Shown here piece after piece: positions 30,239 to 38,814 of a stretch of DNA of 64,000 nt. This stretch comes from Eubacteriales bacterium (GTDB lineage: Bacteria; Bacillota; Clostridia; Oscillospirales; CAG-272), in contig JAZOWN010000015.1 of assembly GCA_045659245.1 (NCBI GenBank), positions 4,618-68,617 on the forward strand. The letters are read 5' to 3'. The translations under genes were made by a program, and so were the position numbers. Every line of letters begins with the position of its first letter. The first letter of the stretch is position 1. Under the pieces are notes generated by a model that saw only the letters and a program-made list of their open reading frames with translations, did not search any database and was not told where the DNA came from.

Positions 30239-31070
30239 TATTCTGTTTTGCGGAAATGATAAGGTGCTTGACGGCATGCTCACCTGCGCCTTGTCAATAC
30301 TTAAACGGACGCAAACGAAAGAGCCGTTTACGTTTTATCTTTATACGTTAGAGCTTACAGATCTAAACCCCGCTTTTCGCGCAATAAGTCCACAGAGTGC
30401 ATCGTTTTTAGAGAAGGTCGTAAAGGAGTATAACTCCGAAAATCGGGTAGTGCTAATTGATGTAAAGGAGATTTATGAAAGGGAGCTACGAGGCTGCCCG
30501 AATGAAGCGAGTAGCTACTCGCCTTATGCCATGTTGCGCGTACTTGCGGATCTGGTTGACGGCATGCCGAGCAAAATATTGTACCTTGACGCGGACATTC
30601 TTTTTAACCGAGATATACGGCTTTTGTATGACGTGGACATAGAGAAATACGAGTATGCCGCAGCGCGCGATCATTACGGAAAGTATCTCGTCAATCCAAA
30701 TTATATAAATTCAGGGGTACTGCTTCTCAATTTGGAAAAAATAAGAGAAACAGGACTCTTTGCAAAGGCGCGAGACGAGCTGCGTAAAAGAAAGCTCGCG
30801 TTTCCCGACCAAACGGCAATAAGAATAAATACCGAAAGAAAAAGGCTCTTGCCCCAAAAATTCAACGATCAAAAGTTTTTGCTTAAAAATACGGTCGTAA
30901 GACATTTTTCGAAGAGGCTTTTCTGGCTGCCTTATACTCACGTCAAAAACGTCAAGCAGGGGCAGGTGAGCCGTGTCCATAAGATCTACGGATATTACGA
31001 ATTCGACGAAATTCTCTATGAATATCTGTACCTTAAAGAAAAATTTAAAAGAGAGGTGGAAAAAGCATGA
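30231..31070 (+). CDS. Glycosyltransferase family 8
   Basis: GT8-type DxD region (YLDADILFNRDI) and NSGVLLLNL. Overlaps the upstream gene by 8 nt and the downstream gene by 4 nt. Confidence 0.75.
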   Translation: MINILFCGNDKVLDGMLTCALSILKRTQTKEPFTFYLYTLELTDLNPAFRAISPQSASFLEKVVKEYNSENRVVLIDVKEIYERELRGCPNEASSYSPYAMLRVLADLVDGMPSKILYLDADILFNRDIRLLYDVDIEKYEYAAARDHYGKYLVNPNYINSGVLLLNLEKIRETGLFAKARDELRKRKLAFPDQTAIRINTERKRLLPQKFNDQKFLLKNTVVRHFSKRLFWLPYTHVKNVKQGQVSRVHKIYGYYEFDEILYEYLYLKEKFKREVEKA

Positions 31071-32836
31071 ATAAGCCGATAATACCTGTATTTTATGCCT
31101 GCGACGAGGGATTTCTCAAGTTTACCGCCGTTTCTATTCGGTCGGCAATTGATAATGCATCAAGAGAATATAAATACCGTTTTTATATACTTCACTCGGG
31201 GATTTCCGAGGATAAGAAAGCAATCGCATACGAGCTTGCGGACGGGGATAACGAGATAATTTTTGCCGACGTCGCGGAGTGTCTTAATAAGATTGCCGAC
31301 AGGCTCCCTCTGCGCGACTATTATTCAAAAACAACCTATTACCGTTTCTTTATTGCCGAGATGTTTAGCGAATACGATAAGGCTATATATATCGACAGTG
31401 ATACTGTGGTTACGGGGGATATAAGCGAGCTTTACAACACGGAGATAGGGGATAATTACCTTGGCGCGTGCCACGAGCAGGCTATGCTTCAAGTCGATGC
31501 ATTCGGTACGTATGCTGAGCGAGTCGTAGGCGTTTCGAGGTACAATTTCTTTAACGCAGGCGTGCTTCTTATCAATTGCGAGCAATTCAGAAGTCATTTC
31601 GTGCTTGATAAATTTGTAAGATACTTGCGCGAATATAATTTCGTAGTCACGCAGGACGAGGATTACCTAAATCTGATATGTAAGGATCACGTATATTGGC
31701 TCGACGGGCGCTGGAACACTGAGGTTTTCGGAGAAATTCCGCACGACGTAAGAGAAGCCAAGATCATTCACTATATAATGACAAATAAGCCTTGGCACTA
31801 CTCGGACTGTCTGCACGGCGAGCACTTCTGGGAATATGCAAAGCGTACAAGCGTATACGGGGAGATCGTCGATGAGCTTTCTGGATACACCGACGCGCAA
31901 AGGGATCGCGACCGACGCTCGGCGGAGCGCCTGATTGAGCTTGCGATTTTTGAAACCGAGAGAGAGGATAATTTTCGTGTGCGCATGGACAAAGAGCATC
32001 GCGCGCAGGAGCGAGTCGCAATACTCAAAAGAATAGAGGAGTATGAAAGAGCGGGGCGCTTCGACGAGGACGTCGAGGACGATCCGCCCTCGCGGGAGCT
32101 GTTGCCCGATGAAATAGAGTACGTCAAAAGGAGCGCAAGAGAAAGACTGAAAACCAAATTTGCGTATATGATAGCAAGACGCTTCGTGTATGATCTCATT
32201 GACTCAAAAAAGCTGATAATAAAGGAAATCAAGGGCTTGGAGCATTTTAGAAATCTTGATAGCGGAGCTGTTATAACCTGTAATCATTTCAACGCCTTTG
32301 ACAGCTTTGCCATACAGCTTGCCTACGAGGCGGCAAATCAGCAGGGAAGAACCTTTTACAGAGTGATACGCGAGGGTAACTATACCTCATTCCCCGGCTT
32401 TTACGGCTTTCTGATGCGTAATTGCAATACGTTGCCGCTTTCTTCAAATCATCAAACGCTGCGAAAATTTAACAATGCAGTGACACAAATACTAAATGAC
32501 GGGCATTTCGTGCTGGTTTACCCCGAGCAGAGCATGTGGTGGAATTACCGCAAGCCCAAGCCCTTAAAGAGTGGAGCGTATCTTTTAGCGGCAAAGAATA
32601 ACGTACCCGTGCTGCCGTGCTTTATAACCATGCAGGACTCCGATATTATAGGTGAGGACGGCTTCCCGATTCAGGAATATACCATAAATATTTCCGAGCC
32701 GATCTATCCCGCAGAGGGTGTTTCATACAGGGTAAACATGAATAATATGATGGAGAAAAACAGCGAGGTGTGGAAGAATATATACGAAGCTGTATACGCA
32801 ATTCCTCTTTCATATACGACCGAAAAAGCGCAATAA
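31067..32836 (+). CDS. Fusion protein: N-terminal GT8 glycosyltransferase, charged linker, C-terminal LPLAT/PlsC-type acyltransferase
   Basis: GT8 motifs (YIDSDTVVTGDI, NAGVLLINC), a ~90-aa Arg/Glu-rich linker, then HX4D (CNHFNAFDS) and YPEQS. Confidence 0.7.
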   Translation: MNKPIIPVFYACDEGFLKFTAVSIRSAIDNASREYKYRFYILHSGISEDKKAIAYELADGDNEIIFADVAECLNKIADRLPLRDYYSKTTYYRFFIAEMFSEYDKAIYIDSDTVVTGDISELYNTEIGDNYLGACHEQAMLQVDAFGTYAERVVGVSRYNFFNAGVLLINCEQFRSHFVLDKFVRYLREYNFVVTQDEDYLNLICKDHVYWLDGRWNTEVFGEIPHDVREAKIIHYIMTNKPWHYSDCLHGEHFWEYAKRTSVYGEIVDELSGYTDAQRDRDRRSAERLIELAIFETEREDNFRVRMDKEHRAQERVAILKRIEEYERAGRFDEDVEDDPPSRELLPDEIEYVKRSARERLKTKFAYMIARRFVYDLIDSKKLIIKEIKGLEHFRNLDSGAVITCNHFNAFDSFAIQLAYEAANQQGRTFYRVIREGNYTSFPGFYGFLMRNCNTLPLSSNHQTLRKFNNAVTQILNDGHFVLVYPEQSMWWNYRKPKPLKSGAYLLAAKNNVPVLPCFITMQDSDIIGEDGFPIQEYTINISEPIYPAEGVSYRVNMNNMMEKNSEVWKNIYEAVYAIPLSYTTEKAQ

Positions 32837-32840
32837 ATAC

Positions 32841-32866
32841 AAAAGGGCGATTTCTTCGCCCTTTTA
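32841..32866. terminator. Bidirectional terminator between convergent genes
   Basis: Stem gggcga/tcgccc flanked by an A-run and a T-run. Confidence 0.7.
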
Positions 32867-32922
32867 TTTAGCCTTTCCTACGAGGGAAGGCTTGCTGTAA
32901 ATAAACATCAGCTGATACAATT

Positions 32923-33408
32923 TTATTTACTCAAATATTTTTCAATCTCGCCCATCACCGCGTTTGCCGTATCCTTGGGGAGAACGGTGTAAACGACGTA
33001 ATTACCAAATTTCTTAACTTTTGCCGCGTCAAGCTTCGTAAGCTCCTCGGGCGCGTAGCTTGCAATGAATGCGCGTTGCTCCTCCTGCATATCACTGACG
33101 TAGTCGCGTATCTCGTCATAAAGCTCGTCAGCTGCCTTTTCGCTCGGTGCGTGAAAAATGCCGAATTCGCTTATATCCGAGGTGTTTGCGGAGTAAGCAG
33201 AAAAAGAGTCGTGGTATTCTTCATCGTCAAAATAAAGGTCGCGATGCGTTTGGTCGTGCTGAATATATTCCTGCCCGTCGATTACCGTCGCTTTCATTAC
33301 CTCGCCGAGCTGCGCGCAGCTTACGGAGTCCTCAAAGCCTGACTTTTTGCAAGAGGGAAGAAAAGCCATTAAAAATAATGCGAGTATAATAGCAAATAAT
33401 TTTTTCAT
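32923..33408 (-). CDS. DUF4358-like lipoprotein
   Basis: Lipobox (LPSC). The segment SEFGIFHAPSEKAADELYDEIRDYV ... FGNYVVYTVL resembles DUF4358 as I recall it. Confidence 0.5.
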   Translation of the reverse strand: MKKLFAIILALFLMAFLPSCKKSGFEDSVSCAQLGEVMKATVIDGQEYIQHDQTHRDLYFDDEEYHDSFSAYSANTSDISEFGIFHAPSEKAADELYDEIRDYVSDMQEEQRAFIASYAPEELTKLDAAKVKKFGNYVVYTVLPKDTANAVMGEIEKYLSK

Positions 33409-34175
33409 TCGTTGTCCTCCGTTGGGCGGTTGACCCTTATATATTCAAGAATTTTTTCGTATGCCGCGCGGTTTAGGTGAAAGCCGTCGCCACTGTCGTA
33501 CTGGCTCATAAGAAAGCCGTCCCCGTCCTTAAGGCACGGCGCGCTGTCAACGTAATATAAGCCCTCGTCAGATGCAAGCCGCGCAGACCATGTGTTTATG
33601 ATGTCGATATATTCGTTGAGTGTGCGCGCGTCAACTGTGTATGCGCTCATATCCATTGACCTTGAAACAGGGAAGCAGGATTGCAAATAAATTTTAGTGC
33701 TCGGACTCGACTCGCGTATCATATTTATGAGCGAGAGATAACATGCGCGGAAATATTCCTCACCCTTTTTTATTTTGTAGGTCGCGCCGTTGAGCCCGAA
33801 CGTTAGCATGATGCGCTGTGGCAGCGCCGTTCTGAGCGCCTCTGCGAGCGTTATTTCCTCACCCGTTTCAGGGAATATTATTTTTAGAGAGGCAGTTGTG
33901 GTATCAAGGTTTACCGTGCCGCTACTTGGCGCCCATACCTGATTTGTGTTCCTGCCGCCCGCCAAGACCTCACGGCTTTTCATGTGATAGGTGGTTGATT
34001 CACCAAAAAAAATAAAGCTATCGATATAGTCCTCCGTCTTTTCCGTGGGTACGGACGCGTTTTGCGTGTCAGTACCTGTGTCGGCAAGGGCACGCGCCGA
34101 GTCCCTGCAGGAAACGAGCGTGAGTGCCAACGAGAGAGCGACTGTAAGCGATAGCTTTTTTATTGTATTTTTCAC
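33405..34175 (-). CDS. SGNH/GDSL-type hydrolase lipoprotein
   Basis: A GTG start at 34175 (GGGGG RBS) gives VKNTIKKLSLTVALSLALTLVSC (lipobox). It also has FFGESTT (block I-like) and a C-terminal DGFHL (block V). Confidence 0.6.
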   Translation of the reverse strand: MKNTIKKLSLTVALSLALTLVSCRDSARALADTGTDTQNASVPTEKTEDYIDSFIFFGESTTYHMKSREVLAGGRNTNQVWAPSSGTVNLDTTTASLKIIFPETGEEITLAEALRTALPQRIMLTFGLNGATYKIKKGEEYFRACYLSLINMIRESSPSTKIYLQSCFPVSRSMDMSAYTVDARTLNEYIDIINTWSARLASDEGLYYVDSAPCLKDGDGFLMSQYDSGDGFHLNRAAYEKILEYIRVNRPTEDNE

Positions 34176-34215
34176 TTTCGACAACCCCCGAATTGTTTTG
34201 GGAGCAACGACAGCT

Positions 34216-34650
34216 TTATTTCGTTTTTTTGTTGAACTTCTTTTCGTAATTCTCGTGATTTTCCGAAATTCTCTTATATCTTGTACGGAAGAGCGCAACG
34301 AGTCCCATAATAATTGCGTAAACGACTGCCGCGAAGATAAGTCCGACGAAAACACTCGATGCGGGCATGGAGAGGGGAAGCAAGAGGCAAGCGTAAAACG
34401 CAAACATCACGATAATGAAATGTATTACGACCTTGAGTGCAGTTGCAAGCTTGTCTACGGTGAGAACCGTATTAGCCAAAGCTACCAAGAGAGAAAATAC
34501 GAAAAAGAGAGCTGTTCTGCCTGCGTCAAGCAAAAGCGCTTCGTCGTTTACGTTGACGATAGCCTGAACTATCATATAGAACAAGGTCATTACCGTAAAA
34601 TAAACGCAGGTGTGAGAGAGCCATTTTTTTATAAGCTTTAATACGAACAT
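34216..34650 (-). CDS. Small four-TM membrane protein, unknown function
   Basis: The ATG at 34650 is preceded by AAAGGAA. Four hydrophobic segments. The family was not recognised. Confidence 0.45.
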   Translation of the reverse strand: MFVLKLIKKWLSHTCVYFTVMTLFYMIVQAIVNVNDEALLLDAGRTALFFVFSLLVALANTVLTVDKLATALKVVIHFIIVMFAFYACLLLPLSMPASSVFVGLIFAAVVYAIIMGLVALFRTRYKRISENHENYEKKFNKKTK

Positions 34651-34772
34651 CGTGTCAGTTGTTCCTTTCGGTAGTGTACCCAAACAGTATAGCACATATT
34701 CTTTTTCATTTCAACAATAATTTGTAAATTTATATAACAAAAAAGGGTGTGGCAAAACCACACCCCAAAATA

Positions 34773-36074
34773 TTATTCTTTTTCTTCAACTGCTTCCTCT
34801 GCGTCAGCAGCCTTAAGAGAAACGATAGCTTTTTCGATCTTGTGGTCCTTTATGGACTCAATGAAGATATCAAGTACCTCGGTAGAAAGCTCAAATGAAG
34901 CTCCGTCCTCGGGAATAGAACCGTAAATGCCGAGAACATATCCGCCGAACGTTTCCGAGTCCTCGTCAAAGAGGTCAACACCAAGTGCCTCCTCAACGTC
35001 ACCCATAGGCGTCGTACCGTTGATCTGCCACTTGTTTTCGTCAAGGATACAGATAAGCTCCTCTGCTTCTTCCTCGTCGTCGGATTCGGTTATTTCGCCG
35101 ACAAGACATTCGATAATATCCGTAAGAGTAACGATACCGCGTACTCCGCCGTATTCGTCAAGAACGATTGCGAAAAATTCACGTTTAGCCTTCATGTTTC
35201 TGAAAAGCACGTCAGCCTTTACCGTTTCGGGTACGAGATAAGCGGGAGTTATAGCGTGCGCGAGTATGTTATCGCGGCTCTTGTCCTCAAGGCGGAAATA
35301 AGCGCGGGCATCAAGAATTCCGACGATATCGTCAACACTTTCACCGTAAACAGGAAAGCGAGTGAAGCGGTTGTTGTTGATAACCTCGTTCCACTCCTCC
35401 TCGGAGTCGTCCATCTTGAGCATGGTGATCTCCGTGCGGTGAGTTGCTATCTCACCTGCGGTGAGGTCGTCAAACTCAAATATGTTTTCGATAAGCTCCT
35501 TGTTATATTCGTCAATGCTACCGTCCTCGTGCGCCTCGTCGATAAGCGTAAGCACCTCACCCTCGGTGATGGCTTCCTCCTCGGAGGGCTTGAAGATCAT
35601 AGTAACAAGCTTTTTCCAAAGCATGAATATGAAGTTTATGGGAGTGAGGATCACGACAATGGCTTTAAGGAAGCCCGAAACAGCGATCGCAAAGCCCTCA
35701 GGGTGGTCCTTTGCAAGGCTTTTGGGAGTGATCTCACCGAATATAAGAACGATTACGGTTATTACGGCTGTGGATATTGCGGAAGCATATCCCGAAACGC
35801 TCGTGTTTTTCAAAAGCGCTATAAACCAAACCGTCGCAACAGAGGAAAGAAGAATATTAACTATGTTGTTACCAACAAGTATCGTTGAGAGAAGCTTGTC
35901 GTAGCCTTCACTCATTTTAAGTACGCGCGCGGCTCTTTTGTTACCCTCCTCGGCTCTGTTTTTCATTCTCGTTTTGTTAAACGAGGTAAAGGCTGTCTCA
36001 CTTGCAGAGAAGAAACCGGAAAAGATAAGGCAGATGACCATAGTAATGATCATCCATAAACTACCGTCAGGCAT
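34773..36074 (-). CDS. CNNM/TlyC-family protein (DUF21 membrane domain, CBS pair, CorC_HlyC)
   Basis: N-terminal DUF21-type TMs (FFSASETAFTS), a CBS pair region, and a C-terminal transporter-associated domain. Confidence 0.85.
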   Translation of the reverse strand: MPDGSLWMIITMVICLIFSGFFSASETAFTSFNKTRMKNRAEEGNKRAARVLKMSEGYDKLLSTILVGNNIVNILLSSVATVWFIALLKNTSVSGYASAISTAVITVIVLIFGEITPKSLAKDHPEGFAIAVSGFLKAIVVILTPINFIFMLWKKLVTMIFKPSEEEAITEGEVLTLIDEAHEDGSIDEYNKELIENIFEFDDLTAGEIATHRTEITMLKMDDSEEEWNEVINNNRFTRFPVYGESVDDIVGILDARAYFRLEDKSRDNILAHAITPAYLVPETVKADVLFRNMKAKREFFAIVLDEYGGVRGIVTLTDIIECLVGEITESDDEEEAEELICILDENKWQINGTTPMGDVEEALGVDLFDEDSETFGGYVLGIYGSIPEDGASFELSTEVLDIFIESIKDHKIEKAIVSLKAADAEEAVEEKE

Positions 36075-36304
36075 TTTTTTAAACTCCTAAATAAAGAAAA
36101 TGTATTTCCGTTAGAACGGATAAATAATAAGATTTTTAAAAAGAGGTGCAACAACGCAAAAAAGCATAGCCCAGAATCTCTTCCAAAGTTATGCGTCAAA
36201 GAAAATTATTCGGTTGCGTTCAAGGTACTTCGACAGTTCCCGTCACTATCGCCGTTGCCCACGAGTGCAGTTCTCCTATTCAAAATCATTATGTATTTTA
36301 CGGT

Positions 36305-36333
36305 ATTATACCACAATAAAGCTGTTTTGTCAA
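36305..36333 (-). promoter_or_regulatory. Strong sigma-A promoter ~220 nt upstream of the CNNM/TlyC gene
   Basis: On the minus strand: TTGACA, a 17-nt spacer, then TGgTATAAT (extended -10). Confidence 0.7.
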
Positions 36334-36381
36334 GTATATTTTGAAAAATAGAGAAGCGCCCCATAGGAGCGCTCCGTTGTA

Positions 36382-37260
36382 TTAGTTCTTTGGCTTGCAA
36401 ACGTGTGGGGTTAAACCGAGCTGATTGATCTTCTCGCACGCGAGCTTTACGGCACTTTCGTCGGTGAAAATACCAAAGACAGACGGTCCGCTGCCGCTCA
36501 TCATAGCTTCAAGTGCGCCGCATTCAAGCATTACGCTCTTTAATTTAGCGGCTACAGGGCGAGTAGACAGTATGGGTTCTTCAAAAATATTGTAAAGACT
36601 ATTTGATACTGCGAATATATCGTTTACACTCGCCGCCTCACACAGTGGGGTAATATTGGTGGGTGTGTAATCCTCGGCAGAGGAAAAATTGTTATAAATT
36701 CGGTCAAGAGTTCGATAAGCCTCAGGTGTTGAAACACCCTCACCGCCGCATGCGATTACAATTGTACATTCGGGCATAGAGGGGAAGGGGTGAATCACCT
36801 CGCCCTTGCCGTCGGCAAAAGCCGTGCCGCCAACGATGCAAAAAGGTACGTCCGAGCCAAGGCTCTCGCCTATCTCGCAAAGCTCCGAGACAGACAGAGG
36901 CTGTCCGCAAAGTTCGTTGAGCGCAAGGAGAGTAGCTGCGGCATCCGCACTGCCACCGGCAAGACCTGCCGCCATAGGTATGCGCTTCTTTATTGAAATA
37001 TGCGCGCCGCAGGGCATACCCGTAGCGGCTTTGTATGCAATAAACGCACGAGCTGCAAGATTTTTTTCGTCAAGCGGAACACCCGAGACGTCGCACGAGA
37101 GCGTAAAGCCCTCGATGTCCGAGAGCGAAACGTACACCTCGTCATAAAGCGAAACGCTCTGCATGACGGTGCTTACGCTGTGGAAGCCGTCCTCACGGAT
37201 ACCCGTTACGTCAAGATGAAGATTTATTTTTGCAAACGCCTTGCGCGCAATTTCTGCCAT
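36382..37260 (-). CDS. ispE: 4-diphosphocytidyl-2-C-methyl-D-erythritol kinase
   Basis: GHMP kinase motif PMAAGLAGGSADAAA and the N-terminal segment KINLHLDV. Confidence 0.9.
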   Translation of the reverse strand: MAEIARKAFAKINLHLDVTGIREDGFHSVSTVMQSVSLYDEVYVSLSDIEGFTLSCDVSGVPLDEKNLAARAFIAYKAATGMPCGAHISIKKRIPMAAGLAGGSADAAATLLALNELCGQPLSVSELCEIGESLGSDVPFCIVGGTAFADGKGEVIHPFPSMPECTIVIACGGEGVSTPEAYRTLDRIYNNFSSAEDYTPTNITPLCEAASVNDIFAVSNSLYNIFEEPILSTRPVAAKLKSVMLECGALEAMMSGSGPSVFGIFTDESAVKLACEKINQLGLTPHVCKPKN

Positions 37261-37455
37261 GTCGTATCTCCTAAATTAAGCTTTAAATAAATATATCATA
37301 TTTTTTGCTTTTTTTCAAGTGAATTGATATAAAATGTGATAAATATGTAAAAAAAGAAAAATACTATTGACTTGTGAGCAAAAAAAATGTAAAATAATAT
37401 AATATGTAGCGGTTTTATTTTGATATCGCGATTTGAGCTTGATTGGAGGGCTTTT

Positions 37456-38814
37456 ATGAAATTTTTTGAGAATAAAAAGAAGGGACTTGCGATTGTGCTG
37501 ATGCTCGTGGTAATAGCATTTGTGCTGTTTTACGCAATTGTTAATTTCGGGGCTATTTCAGGCTTCTTTTCTTCGGCTATGGCCATATTCTCTCCAATAA
37601 TCATAGGTGCGGGGATCGCCTATATTTTGAATCCTCTGCTTCGATTTTTTGAATTTAAGGTTTTCGTTAAGATAGAGAAGAAGGGCGTACGCAGAGCGCT
37701 TTCTATAGCGTGCACGCTTTTGGTGGCGGCTGCATTTTTTGCAATTCTTCTTTGGATGTTTATCCCTGAGCTTATCAGCGCCGCAGAGCAGTTTATCGGA
37801 GACTATGACGAGCACGTTTCAAAAACGGCAAATTTAATAAACGATGTAGTCAGAAATATAATCCCCGGTGATAGTGAATACGTAAGCAAGGACGATATAA
37901 ATAACGCAATTCTCGACTTTTTTGCAGTTTCCGGCGGTGTGTTTGACTTTATTAAGAACAAGGCTATTCAGTACGCAACGGGAATGTTTACGGGTGTCAC
38001 AAATACGATCCTCGGTATATTTATTGCCGTGTATATGCTTGTTTCCAAGGAAAGACTTTTGGCACAGACGAGAAAGTTCGGAAATGCTGTTCTGTCCGAT
38101 ACGTATATGGAGAGAGTAAGCAAGTACGTGGGCATAACGCATAAAACGTTTCTTGGATATTTCGTTGGTAAGGTCTTAGGCTCACTTTGCGTTATGTTTA
38201 TAATGCTTGCGCTTATGATGCTGTTCAGAATGCCGTACCCGTTCCTTATTTCCGCAATTATAGGAGTTACGGATATTATTCCGATCTTCGGTCCTATAAT
38301 TGGAGCAATACCGTCGTTCCTTATCATTTTCATAGTAGATCCCAAGAAGGCGATCCTCTTCATCATTTTGATCATAATCGTTCAGCAGATAGAGGGCAAT
38401 ATCATAACCCCTAAGATATTAGGAGAAAAAACGGGAATCAGCTCGCTCAGCGTAATTATAGCCATAATTGTAATGGGCGAGTACTTTGGGATTATCGGTA
38501 TGATAATCGGTGTTCCCGTGTTTGCTGTGTTTATCACAATTATAAAGGAGCTTATAGAAACGCGTCTGCAAAGCAAGGGTAAGCCGATAGATACGGCGGA
38601 GTATTACCACAAGGATGACGTGATAGATCCTCATAAGGTCCACGTGCCTCTGGTAAGAAAACTGTATTACAAATTCGAGCATAAGCTTTTCAAAAAAAAG
38701 AAGGAAAAAGAAAAGAAGAACCGCGTAAGTAAGCGCGATGCCGTAAATACTGGTAAGGATCAGTCACTGGACAAGTCTGATGTGGAGGACAAAAATAATG
38801 GAGAACAATCGTAA
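37456..38814 (+). CDS. AI-2E family transporter (PerM/UPF0118)
   Basis: Polytopic ORF with the conserved segment IIGVTDIIPIFGPIIGAIP. The ATG at 37456 is preferred. It has a lysine-rich C-terminal tail. Confidence 0.8.
   Translation: MKFFENKKKGLAIVLMLVVIAFVLFYAIVNFGAISGFFSSAMAIFSPIIIGAGIAYILNPLLRFFEFKVFVKIEKKGVRRALSIACTLLVAAAFFAILLWMFIPELISAAEQFIGDYDEHVSKTANLINDVVRNIIPGDSEYVSKDDINNAILDFFAVSGGVFDFIKNKAIQYATGMFTGVTNTILGIFIAVYMLVSKERLLAQTRKFGNAVLSDTYMERVSKYVGITHKTFLGYFVGKVLGSLCVMFIMLALMMLFRMPYPFLISAIIGVTDIIPIFGPIIGAIPSFLIIFIVDPKKAILFIILIIIVQQIEGNIITPKILGEKTGISSLSVIIAIIVMGEYFGIIGMIIGVPVFAVFITIIKELIETRLQSKGKPIDTAEYYHKDDVIDPHKVHVPLVRKLYYKFEHKLFKKKKEKEKKNRVSKRDAVNTGKDQSLDKSDVEDKNNGEQS

Noticed and set aside
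34176-34403. A 76-codon N-terminal extension of the SGNH hydrolase ORF in the ORF track (start at 34403).
   Set aside because: The extension overlaps the upstream membrane-protein gene and is Ser/Arg-rich. A GTG at 34175 with a GGGGG RBS yields a clean lipoprotein signal peptide.
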